Below, in pieces: positions 16,941 through 25,224 of a stretch of 25,224 bases of DNA (its first letter is position 1; each line of letters starts with the position of its first letter). Source of the DNA: Candidatus Hodarchaeum mangrovi (lineage in GTDB: Archaea > Asgardarchaeota > Heimdallarchaeia > Hodarchaeales > Hodarchaeaceae); the NCBI GenBank assembly GCA_016839515.1, contig JAEOUE010000242.1:1-25224 (forward strand). The letters run 5' to 3'. Made by a program: the position numbers and the translations under genes. The notes below the pieces were generated by a model. It was not told where the DNA came from. It did not search any database and was given only the letters and a program-made list of their open reading frames with translations.

Positions 16941-17251
16941 ACTAATTCCTCCAATAATTCTGTAAATTTAAGAATTCCCACACTTCGGTGAAGTTGGGTT
17001 ATTATTATAATGTTTGTATTAAATGTAGAATTCTTAAAATCAGTATTGAGTGATTATAAGTTTCTATTATGTTTACAAACTATTAATCATAAAGTTAAAG
17101 CCAATAAGATAAATTTTTCATGCATTCCTAGCTTATTGCTTCAATTCTTTGCTACAAATTGATATTATGATAAATTTATTCCCAATCCTCTCCGGAATTC
17201 CTAGATGTTGAGGAATTTTTTAGATTAAATTCGATTATACTAAAGGATAAA

Positions 17252-17560
17252 CTATTTAGATACTTCCTCCTTCATTTTATAATATAAATCCCAGTCTAAA
17301 TTAGTTTTTAAGAGTTTTTTTACTTTTATTCCTGATTCTTGAATCTCTCCAAATAGAAATGCTATATCACCTTCTTTAAAATCCTTGACATCATCATTAC
17401 GAATTTCTATCTCAAGTTCTTCGTGATTATCAGTAATCCGAATCATTTCTATTGTTATTTCAATTATTCTTACAAGACATCGGAATTTTGTATCAGTAGT
17501 TAAACTTGTCAATGAAAGAAGAGTTGTTTCGCCATAAGGCATATTTGACTTTCTTTTCAT
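17252..17560 (-). CDS. Small OB-fold protein, RPA14/Rpa3-like
   Basis: 102 aa with OB pattern KFRCLVRII...IRITD...EGDIAFLFGEI and C-terminal helix NLDWDLYYKM resembling the RPA14 trimerisation helix; AGGAGA SD. Confidence 0.6.
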   Translation of the reverse strand: MKRKSNMPYGETTLLSLTSLTTDTKFRCLVRIIEITIEMIRITDNHEELEIEIRNDDVKDFKEGDIAFLFGEIQESGIKVKKLLKTNLDWDLYYKMKEEVSK

Positions 17561-17789
17561 TTAGATCTCCTTTACCAACTTTAATCGATCTATTACACCA
17601 TTTAAAAATTCTTTAGAATGATATTAATCCATAATTAATTCAGACTAGTATTTTATTTTGTCTTTTAACAATATTATGCAGAATGAATTTAGTTATAAAA
17701 TTCCAAAAATATTTAGTATTGGTTTATTTAAGGTTCATTCGAATTAAAAAATCTACTTCGCTAATAATACAAACATTGGGTTGATCTTG

Positions 17790-18134
17790 ATGAGCTTTTG
17801 TAGCTGTGGTGCATTGATGGTTCCAAAGAAAACAGAAAATGGTTTAGTTCATATGCATTGCCCCTCATGTGGCAAAATTTTAGCACCTGGAGTTAAAAAT
17901 AACTCAAAATTATTTGAAATTAAGCATACTATTAGACATAACGAACTTGAGAAGACAGTTATCATCGAAAATCCAAATGAAGTGGAAACGATGCCTTTTA
18001 CTAATGTTACATGTAAAAAATGTGGTAATAACGAAGCTGTTTATTGGCAAGTACAAACCCGAAGTGCAGATGAAGCCCCAACAACATTTTATCGGTGTAA
18101 AAAATGTGGAAATACATGGAGAGATTATGGTTAA
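17790..18134 (+). CDS. tfs: Transcription factor S (TFS/RpoM)
   Basis: Two zinc ribbons (CSCG..M.P..CPSC and CKKC...CKKC) with the QTRSADE acidic hairpin. ATG at 17790 is preferred over TTG at 17781. Confidence 0.95.
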   Translation: MSFCSCGALMVPKKTENGLVHMHCPSCGKILAPGVKNNSKLFEIKHTIRHNELEKTVIIENPNEVETMPFTNVTCKKCGNNEAVYWQVQTRSADEAPTTFYRCKKCGNTWRDYG

Positions 18135-18147
18135 ATTGAATGACCAT

Positions 18148-18828
18148 TTAAGGCATTTTAATTACAACCACTGCATGTTTTTTCTCATAAGGTTCAATGG
18201 TTTTATATTCTATTATTTCAAGACCAAAATCTTCTTCTAGCTCTTTTATTTGATTAGAAAAGACTTTTTCTGGTTCTAAAGAAACATCAATACTTTGTGA
18301 TTTTATTGCTATTAAACCAAAACCTCCTGACTTCAAAAATTCAAGAGCATTCCTACCAAATATTGTTGCTTGATCAGGTTGAGCTACATCTTGATAAATT
18401 AGATCAGCTTCTAAGACAAAGGAAGAGTATTCCTCAGGTCTTCTTGCATCAGCTAATATTGGGATTAAATTGGATCTTTGCTCTGAAAGCCTAAAAAACT
18501 TTCTCATTACTTTTGAAGAAAATTCTACCCCAAAAATGATTCCATGGGTATTAATATCAGAGAAATGAGAAGCGGTAGTCCCTGTTGAAACACCTAGATA
18601 TAAGATTGATTTCTCTTTAATTTGGGGGAGTGATTTCATACCTGATAAATATGCTGCAGCAAATTTTGAACGATAAGGATCCCAATATCGATATTCTTTT
18701 CCCTCAAACATAAAAAGATCCTCATCATAAACTGTTTTACCAATCGTAGCATTAATTGTTGCTAAACGAGCTTTTTCTTTATCATCAACCTTATATAAAC
18801 CCTGAATGTATGTCTCAGAGACTTTCAT
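18148..18828 (-). CDS. flpA: Fibrillarin-like rRNA/tRNA 2'-O-methyltransferase
   Basis: EYRYWDPYRSKFAA, LYLGVSTGTTASHFSD, GVEFS, PILADAR and YQDVAQPDQ; its start overlaps the nop5 stop. Confidence 0.96.
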   Translation of the reverse strand: MKVSETYIQGLYKVDDKEKARLATINATIGKTVYDEDLFMFEGKEYRYWDPYRSKFAAAYLSGMKSLPQIKEKSILYLGVSTGTTASHFSDINTHGIIFGVEFSSKVMRKFFRLSEQRSNLIPILADARRPEEYSSFVLEADLIYQDVAQPDQATIFGRNALEFLKSGGFGLIAIKSQSIDVSLEPEKVFSNQIKELEEDFGLEIIEYKTIEPYEKKHAVVVIKMP

Positions 18829-20102
18829 TTATTTTGACCTCTTTGTTTCTCTTCTCTTCGTTTTCTTCTTTCAGATCTTGGTTTTGACCGTTTTCCCTTT
18901 TGCCATGGTTGTTTTACCCTTGGTTTCCGTTTCTTAAGTTTCTGTTCCAGTTGCCGTGCTGAAGGCTCAGGATATGTATCTGTAATGTCCTTAATTCTTT
19001 CTTCAAGATCATTTAGGAGAGTATCACCAATAAATTCACCACTAAAATAATCTACTCTAGCTGCTATTGATAATTTTCCTGCCAACGCACGAGCAATTTT
19101 TCCACGAATGTGCTTTTTTGCAGAATGAATATAAGGAGATTGAAAAAGTACACCATGTTTAGGAGGATCTTCACCTGATCTTAAATGCCGAAATAACGCT
19201 TTTTCTGCCCCTAAAACTTGTATAGTCCCAGAAGAAACTTTAGCTAGATTTTCTAAGCTTCCTGCAAGAGCAATTAATCTTGCACCAAGCAAACTTCCAA
19301 CCAATTTTTGAATATTTGGAGCAACTTCTTTCATGCTTTCATCAATATAAGATTCCAAGCTTTCTTTAACCTTGAGAATTTCAACTCCGAAATTAGCAAA
19401 ATCACCTATAGGTTTCATGTCATAAGGGGAAATTTCAGACCCTAAAGACTGTAATGCTGCATTTAAAATGTGTTCTCGTCTTTTATCAGAAAGATGGCTA
19501 ATACTATTCTCAGTGAGTTCTGAACGAATTGCAGCATTAGTTTTAGAAATCAATTGAATATACTGATCATTATCTCTTACTAATTCCTGAAGTTCAGGGA
19601 AATGAATTCCATACCATTCTGATAATCTGGCATAAATTAGATTTAATATCGCATTTATATCGTCAATACTATTTATTGCTTGAGCCATATAGATATCACG
19701 AGCTTCTACCTTTTCCTTAAGCAAAGATCTTGTATAATCCATTGCATTGTCTCTTATCATAGTACTTATCTTTGAAATGCTCTCTTTTTCGAATTTTGTT
19801 TTTAAGAATTCATTAACTTTTCCGCGAAGGGATTTAAGCTCACCTGATACAGCAAACCTTACAGAATTAAATCCAAGCGTACGTAAATTGTTAACTAACT
19901 TAGAATTATCTGAAACAACTTCCTCTTCTTTATCTTTTAAAGATTCAAATAACTTAGATTTGTTTGCATTTATAAATTTTGAAATTTCAGCCTCTAAAAA
20001 GCTTGATTTATCTTTAAATGGTATAAAATCATAAATAATTGGATTAGAATCCTCAATACCACCAATAAAAAATCCAAAACTGGTTAAAAGAATATATTTC
20101 AA
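18825..20102 (-). CDS. nop5: C/D box sRNP protein Nop5 (Nop56/58)
   Basis: RLSEWYGIHFPEL, APNI..LVG..LGARLI..AGSL, TIQVLGAEKALFRHL, PPKHG, GKIARALAGK and a basic tail. Confidence 0.96.
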   Translation of the reverse strand: MKYILLTSFGFFIGGIEDSNPIIYDFIPFKDKSSFLEAEISKFINANKSKLFESLKDKEEEVVSDNSKLVNNLRTLGFNSVRFAVSGELKSLRGKVNEFLKTKFEKESISKISTMIRDNAMDYTRSLLKEKVEARDIYMAQAINSIDDINAILNLIYARLSEWYGIHFPELQELVRDNDQYIQLISKTNAAIRSELTENSISHLSDKRREHILNAALQSLGSEISPYDMKPIGDFANFGVEILKVKESLESYIDESMKEVAPNIQKLVGSLLGARLIALAGSLENLAKVSSGTIQVLGAEKALFRHLRSGEDPPKHGVLFQSPYIHSAKKHIRGKIARALAGKLSIAARVDYFSGEFIGDTLLNDLEERIKDITDTYPEPSARQLEQKLKKRKPRVKQPWQKGKRSKPRSERRKRREEKQRGQNK

Positions 20103-20267
20103 TTTTTAAACCCCTAAATTTATAATTTAAGCTAACTTTATTAATATCAAAAAAGTTATTTATTTTTCTTAATTTTGTATAAACCTGTTTAGACTAGGTT
20201 AGAATGCTTAAAAATACTATCAAGACGTTAGAATATAGTTTAAGATATTTAAAAGGCAAAAAAACGT

Positions 20268-20465
20268 GTGAAATCAATAATGACCAAGCAAAAACCAATC
20301 AGTATCAAAATTCCGTCAAAAGTTTTAATATTAATAGATAATCTTGTTAGATTAGGACAATATGAATCACGTTCTCACTTTTTACGAATAGCTATCGAAG
20401 AATTATTAAAAAATGAGCTTGATACTTGGGATAAATTAGTAAATCAGATCTCAGAAAAGAGATAG
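20268..20465 (+). CDS. Ribbon-helix-helix (CopG/Arc/MetJ) transcriptional regulator
   Basis: KPISIKIP..VL..IDNLVRLGQYESRSHFLRIAIEELL. An ATG at 20280 is a possible start. Confidence 0.88.
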   Translation: MKSIMTKQKPISIKIPSKVLILIDNLVRLGQYESRSHFLRIAIEELLKNELDTWDKLVNQISEKR

Positions 20466-20487
20466 CTTTTGAAATGGTGTAATTTAT

Positions 20488-21090
20488 ATGTTCTCTCTGA
20501 CAAAAAGAGAAACAACTGGACTAATTATTGGTACTATTGTTTTTGTAGTTGTTGAAATATCTACCTTTTGGCAAGATTTTAATCTCTTAGAACTAATAAT
20601 ATTAGTAATATTGATTTCCCCTTTATTCCTTCTTCATGAATTAGGCCATAAATACACTGCAATATATAATGATATGACCTCTGAGTTTTATTTAGATCAA
20701 AATGCAGCATTATTGTCTCTTTTTTCTGTATTTCTACCGTTAAAAATTATTGCACCTGGTGTAGTGTTAAGTTCAGGTTATCATACACCAAAAATTGAAG
20801 CACGTATTGCAATGATAGGCCCATTGATTAATACTTTCCTCAGTGGGTTTCTACTAATTATTTCTTCGTTTATCATAGATGATTGGAGAATAATTCTTTC
20901 TATAGTTAGCAAAGCATCATCAGATATTGCTCTTTTTAACATTCTTCCTTTTTTTGTTCTTGATGGGGCTAAAGTTTATCGTTGGAATAAATTAGTTTTT
21001 TGGACAATCTTTCTAATTGTAATTATCATTTGGAGCTTTCACCCATTAGGATTAGGTATTAGAATATTGGAGAGTGTTTTTTATGGATGA
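20488..21090 (+). CDS. Site-2 protease (M50 family intramembrane metalloprotease)
   Basis: HELGH zinc motif within a TM segment, IAMIGP..N and FNILPFFVLDG (NxxPxxxxDG). Confidence 0.9.
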   Translation: MFSLTKRETTGLIIGTIVFVVVEISTFWQDFNLLELIILVILISPLFLLHELGHKYTAIYNDMTSEFYLDQNAALLSLFSVFLPLKIIAPGVVLSSGYHTPKIEARIAMIGPLINTFLSGFLLIISSFIIDDWRIILSIVSKASSDIALFNILPFFVLDGAKVYRWNKLVFWTIFLIVIIIWSFHPLGLGIRILESVFYG

Positions 21091-21502
21091 ACTTTCTGAT
21101 CAAGAGAAAATAATTATAATAATATCCATAATTTTGACTCTGATTGGATTATTTCAATTGTTTTTTTTCCCCAATCAGGATTATTCAATTAATTGGCTGA
21201 TTTTTGGAGTAACTGCAACCATTAGTTCTTTTATTTTAATATATTATTTTGTTATTAAACAATCTCAACCAAGAAAGAAATCTTATCCGATCCATCGGAG
21301 TAGAATGTCTGATAGAAGATCATTTACTAATCTAGAAGTAATCCCTCCCTCCAAATTACAGAAAAAAACCAAAATCGAAGGAAAATGTTATTATTGTAAT
21401 TCTTTCGCTTCATTTGGATTTACCTGCAGTTTTTGTGGAGGATACTTTTGTTCTGACCATAGAATTCCTGAAAAACACCATTGTGTTGGATTAAGAAGAT
21501 AG
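21083..21502 (+). CDS. Membrane-anchored AN1-type zinc-finger protein
   Basis: Two N-terminal TM helices, a basic linker and C-terminal CYYC...FTCSFCGGYFCSDHRIPEKHHC (AN1 pattern). The start overlaps the end of the M50 gene. Confidence 0.85.
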   Translation: MDELSDQEKIIIIISIILTLIGLFQLFFFPNQDYSINWLIFGVTATISSFILIYYFVIKQSQPRKKSYPIHRSRMSDRRSFTNLEVIPPSKLQKKTKIEGKCYYCNSFASFGFTCSFCGGYFCSDHRIPEKHHCVGLRR

Positions 21503-22990
21503 ATAATTTGAAAATGCATGGAAAAATTCCGAAATGACCATATTCAAGAGAGAACAAGTGATAAATAAGTAATAAAAAGCTTGAACATAAAAACCAACTC
21601 CTAATTGAAAAGCATGAAAAGAAGCTAATCCTAAAATACAGATATAAAAGATTTCTACAAATAAAATCCAATCAATTGGTATAGGTTCTTTGATTATTAA
21701 TTTCTGTGCATTTTCATTTTTTAGATTGAATTTAGGAGTTCTTACAAATGTCCCACCATAACTGATCAATCCTGAGATCGATCCTATACTCATTCTTATT
21801 ACTAGTCCTGCTCCCCAAAATAGAAAACACGGAATGAAAAAAACTTGGAATAAACCACGCTTTGCTCTTAAAACCGCAATAATATATGACATTATTCCAC
21901 ATATCGTTAATACAAAATAAATTAAACCAAAACATGAAAATATTAAAGAAAAATTAGCTGGGTAAAAAAGAAGTAGAGCTCCTGAGACTGTATTCGTAAC
22001 TATAAGTAATGGAGCCAAATATTGAGTTAAATGAAGTATACCCTGAATTTTGGACTTTTTCGTTCGATTATATATGAAATTTTTAAAATTCTTTCTTATA
22101 TTCTGTGAAAATCCTTTAGACCATCGGCTTTGTTGAATGATCCAACTTCGGAGAGTTGGGGGAATCTCCTGATAATTCGTTTTTTGAGCAAGATAGATTA
22201 TCTCATAACCTAGGATTTGAGCACGATATGCTAGGTCCAAGTCTTCTGCTAGAGTTTGAGACGACCAACCTCCGCTTTTTTCGATAACACTTTTTCGCCA
22301 AATTCCACCTGTTCCATTAAATCCAATGAACGCATTTTTTCTTTTTCGACCAGGTTTCTCAACTAAAAAGTGTCCATCCAATCCTATTGACATAGCGCGA
22401 GTAAAAATAGAATATTTCAAGTTCCGATGATCCCAGCGTGTTTGGAGAGCACCAAGATTAGGATTATCTTTAAAGTAGTGAATTGTATCCATTAAAAAAT
22501 TGGGATCTACCTGAAAATCTGCATCAAACATCGCAATATATTCTGAAGTTATCTTTTTTATCCCGTTAGATAGCGCACCAGCTTTAAACCCCTCCCTATT
22601 GCTCCTCTTAATTATTTGGATATTATATCCTTTTTCAAATAGAGTTTTAGTTGATTTGTTAATAATTTCAGATGTTTCATCTGTTGAATCGTCTAGGAAT
22701 TGAATTGTTATCTTTTGAGGAGTATAGATCATATTAGCTAAGTTTTTAATAGTTTCATTAATAATATTTGATTCATTATAGATTGGAATTTGAACAGTGA
22801 CATTGGGTAACTCATCAGAAGAAAAGTAATTATAAGGGACTGGATCTTCCCATTTTAGTGAGGAAATTGCAAGGAAAAGAAGGTTTAATGGGTATGGTAC
22901 GAGTAAAATTCCACTCATTACATTCAAATTAACTAAAAAAATAAATATAAAATCCAAGGTTAATCTGCCCACTAAACTTTTTATCATCAT
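21491..22990 (-). CDS. Processive GT2 glycosyltransferase (cellulose synthase-like)
   Basis: VTVQIPIYNE, LDDSTD, GFKAGAL, FDADF, FNGTGGIWR, TLAEDLDL and QQSRW (D,D,D,QxxRW), with multiple C-terminal TM helices. Confidence 0.92.
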   Translation of the reverse strand: MMIKSLVGRLTLDFIFIFLVNLNVMSGILLVPYPLNLLFLAISSLKWEDPVPYNYFSSDELPNVTVQIPIYNESNIINETIKNLANMIYTPQKITIQFLDDSTDETSEIINKSTKTLFEKGYNIQIIKRSNREGFKAGALSNGIKKITSEYIAMFDADFQVDPNFLMDTIHYFKDNPNLGALQTRWDHRNLKYSIFTRAMSIGLDGHFLVEKPGRKRKNAFIGFNGTGGIWRKSVIEKSGGWSSQTLAEDLDLAYRAQILGYEIIYLAQKTNYQEIPPTLRSWIIQQSRWSKGFSQNIRKNFKNFIYNRTKKSKIQGILHLTQYLAPLLIVTNTVSGALLLFYPANFSLIFSCFGLIYFVLTICGIMSYIIAVLRAKRGLFQVFFIPCFLFWGAGLVIRMSIGSISGLISYGGTFVRTPKFNLKNENAQKLIIKEPIPIDWILFVEIFYICILGLASFHAFQLGVGFYVQAFYYLFITCSLLNMVISEFFHAFSNYLSS

Positions 22991-23117
22991 TTAATTTGAA
23001 TAGTTATTGGTAAGATGCTATTTGGAGTGCTTGTTATTCAAAATTGTTTTATAAAAAATCCCAATAGACTCTTCGGGGTGAATAAATCTGGACACAGAAA
23101 AAATTTCAATTTTAGAT

Positions 23118-24599
23118 ATGAGTATCGCTGATGTCAATTCCGAATATCTGGGGGTAGAGAGAGTTTTACTTATGGAAAATGCAGGAAAAGGTATAGCTGA
23201 GTTTATCGAAACCCTGAATCAAGAAAAAACCATTAAAAAAGTAAAAATTTTTGCAGGTAGGGGGGGAAATGGAGGAGATGGGATGGTAGCTGTTCGTCAT
23301 CTGTCACAAATCAACAATGTAGAGCTGTTCCTTTTGGGTTCTTCGTCTTCGATTATTAAAAAGTCAACAATAAAGAATTGGAAGATTTTGAACCGTCTTT
23401 CTAATGAAATTCACATTAAAGAACTCCAAAATTCTGAGGATATTAAGGAACTGAATTTTGAACCTGATTCACTAATTATAGATGCTATTGTAGGGACAGG
23501 AATTCGTGGTCAGATAAAAAATCCATTAAATTATTTATTAGAAAAACTAAATCAATGGCAAAAAAAGGGAAACATTATTATCAGTGTAGATACTCCTACT
23601 GGTATTAATCCTGATACTGGTGCTTTATCAAATGTTTATCTAACTCCCAATTGGACAATATGTCTTCATAAACAAAAATTAGGTCTTAATCAAGTAAATT
23701 CAGGAACAATTGTTGTGAAAAAAATTGGAATTACAAGAGAAGCAGAAGAGTTAATAGGTCCAGGTGATTTCTTAGCTTTAAAAAAAAGAGACCCATGGTC
23801 TAAAAAAGGGGATAATGGGAGAATTTTAGTTATTGGAGGAAATTCAATCTATTCAGGTGCCCCTAGTCTAGCAGCTCAAGCTGCAATTCAAGCAGGAGCA
23901 GATCTAGTTACAATTTTATGCCCTAAAAGCATTTCTACAGCGATTAGAGCACATTCGTTCGAATTTATCGTTTACGAATATCCAGAATCCCATTTAAATA
24001 TGAAATCAATAGATGAAACCTTAATCAAGGAAAATGATGTTATCCTTTTAGGACCAGGATTAGGAAGAAAAGATGAAACTCGCGAAGCTGTTTTGAAAGT
24101 TCAATCTCTAGCTAAAACTTTTGATAAATTCATTGTTTATGATGCTGATGCTCTTAAATTGCTTGATGTAAAAAACTTGACACCAAATTCAATATTAACT
24201 CCACACTTAGGTGAATTTTTAAGCTTAACAGGGCAAAAACTCCCACAATCACAGGAAGAATTTCAGGAACGAAAAGAAATATTTTATAGAATAATTAGTC
24301 AATATTCAGGTATTTGGGTTCTAAAAGGACATTGGGATATTGTTTCAGATACAGATTCTATGAAGATTAATAAAACAGGAATCGTGAAAATGACAAGAGG
24401 GGGAACAGGAGACATTCTTGCTGGGATTACTTCGGGATTAATTGTCCAGTCTGTTTCTCCTTTCTATGCAGCATGTATGGCGACATATATTAATGGAAAG
24501 GCAAGTGAATTAATTGAAAAAAATTTTTCCCTTCTCAACTTATTAAACTGTATCCCAAAAGTTATTTCTCATTCCCTAGACTTTATTGCTTCTGATTAA
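23118..24599 (+). CDS. nnr: Bifunctional NAD(P)HX epimerase/dehydratase
   Basis: YjeF-N (LMENAG, GRGGNGGDG, IDAIVGTG, SVDTPTG) fused to a carbohydrate-kinase domain (KGDNGRILVIGG, GPGLG, DADA, LTPHLGEF, GGTGDILAG). The start may lie upstream at CTG 23088. Confidence 0.94.
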   Translation: MSIADVNSEYLGVERVLLMENAGKGIAEFIETLNQEKTIKKVKIFAGRGGNGGDGMVAVRHLSQINNVELFLLGSSSSIIKKSTIKNWKILNRLSNEIHIKELQNSEDIKELNFEPDSLIIDAIVGTGIRGQIKNPLNYLLEKLNQWQKKGNIIISVDTPTGINPDTGALSNVYLTPNWTICLHKQKLGLNQVNSGTIVVKKIGITREAEELIGPGDFLALKKRDPWSKKGDNGRILVIGGNSIYSGAPSLAAQAAIQAGADLVTILCPKSISTAIRAHSFEFIVYEYPESHLNMKSIDETLIKENDVILLGPGLGRKDETREAVLKVQSLAKTFDKFIVYDADALKLLDVKNLTPNSILTPHLGEFLSLTGQKLPQSQEEFQERKEIFYRIISQYSGIWVLKGHWDIVSDTDSMKINKTGIVKMTRGGTGDILAGITSGLIVQSVSPFYAACMATYINGKASELIEKNFSLLNLLNCIPKVISHSLDFIASD

Positions 24600-25201
24600 A
24601 ACTCTAATCCAGTTACCTCAAAAGCATCAATTTCTTCTAAAATAGAATAAATCTTTTCAATCGATTGATAAACGTAATCCTCTTTTTTGGCACCTGTACA
24701 AACCAATTTCCCAGACTGAAATAATAGTAATACTACTTTTGGTTCTTGCATCCTGTAGATTAATCCAGGAAACTGTTCTGGTTCATACATTGAATGTTCT
24801 AGGAGGAGTGCTGCTAATTCAAGATTGATTCTTTTTCCAAGAGTTCCAGAAGCCACAATATTTTGAACTGTAATAGTAGCTTCATGCTTCACATTATGTC
24901 CAGCATTTCGTAATAACTCTGAAATCACCTCAACCGCCTCTTCAATCATCTCTACTGATTTTGCACCAGTAACTACAAGTTTTCCTGAAGAAAAAACTAA
25001 TATAGATACTTTTGGTTTTTTTATTTTAACAACAACTCCAGGAAATTGTTCGGGAATATAAGAAACTTGAACATCACCAGGGAGACGAGAAGCTGCACGT
25101 TCTAATTTAATTTTACATCTTAGATCCACTGAAGCAACTACATTTTGTACTTCAGCGAACAAATCAGCTTTTTCTGAACTACTTGACACGTATCTCACCA
25201 T
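24596..25201 (-). CDS. tbp: TATA-box binding protein
   Basis: Two direct repeats (VQNVVAS...YIPEQFPG...LVFSSGKLVVTGAKS and VQNIVAS...YEPEQFPGLIYR...LLFQSGKLVCTGAK) and an acidic C-tail. Confidence 0.97.
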   Translation of the reverse strand: MVRYVSSSSEKADLFAEVQNVVASVDLRCKIKLERAASRLPGDVQVSYIPEQFPGVVVKIKKPKVSILVFSSGKLVVTGAKSVEMIEEAVEVISELLRNAGHNVKHEATITVQNIVASGTLGKRINLELAALLLEHSMYEPEQFPGLIYRMQEPKVVLLLFQSGKLVCTGAKKEDYVYQSIEKIYSILEEIDAFEVTGLEF

Positions 25202-25224
25202 AAATAAATGATTATAAGTGATAA

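Noticed and set aside
17196-17217. Dyad AATTCCT-N8-AGGAATT downstream of the RPA14-like gene
   Set aside because: Could be a terminator or operator, but it is short and AT-rich, so it cannot be distinguished from chance.
17561-20267. C/D box guide sRNA near fibrillarin/nop5
   Set aside because: No convincing RUGAUGA...CUGA pair found by eye in the adjacent spacers. A snoscan/Infernal search would be needed.
17914-21935. Alternative-frame or antisense ORFs 17914-18240, 18297-18494, 19747-20034, 21420-21671 and 21732-21935
   Set aside because: All overlap confidently assigned genes (tfs, flpA, nop5, GT2) and lack motifs.
1-25224. CRISPR array, transposase, or integrated element at the tRNA
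   Set aside because: No regularly spaced repeats, no integrase or transposase motifs, and no duplicated tRNA 3' end (att site) seen.

Overview
AT-rich archaeal core-genome window, most likely from an Asgard archaeon. That is an inference from the co-occurrence of a TRAP-beta-like protein, a Get3-type ATPase, RPA32- and RPA14-like OB proteins, Rpo8 and SmAP3. It is densely packed with about 33 genes and one intron-less tRNA-Leu(GAG). Housekeeping content includes the rpo7-spt4-DPCK-rps24e-rps27ae-kae1-bud32 cluster followed by a PAC2-family gene, plus tfs, fibrillarin/nop5, tbp, endA, ndk, uppS, nnr, cofE-like/folP and a K+-independent-type membrane pyrophosphatase. No mobile element or CRISPR array was seen. 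Most notable candidates: (1) an orphan protein at 3745-4374 with a coiled coil, a proline-rich region, an amphipathic helix and a W-acidic tail, recalling WASP/WAVE/VASP-type actin regulators; (2) a P-loop-less RecA-fold protein resembling Elongator Elp4, paired with a C2CH zinc-finger gene; (3) a head-to-head Get3/TRAP-beta membrane-targeting pair; (4) an RHH / site-2 protease / membrane-anchored AN1 zinc-finger module. All family calls come from motif recognition by eye; no searches were run.
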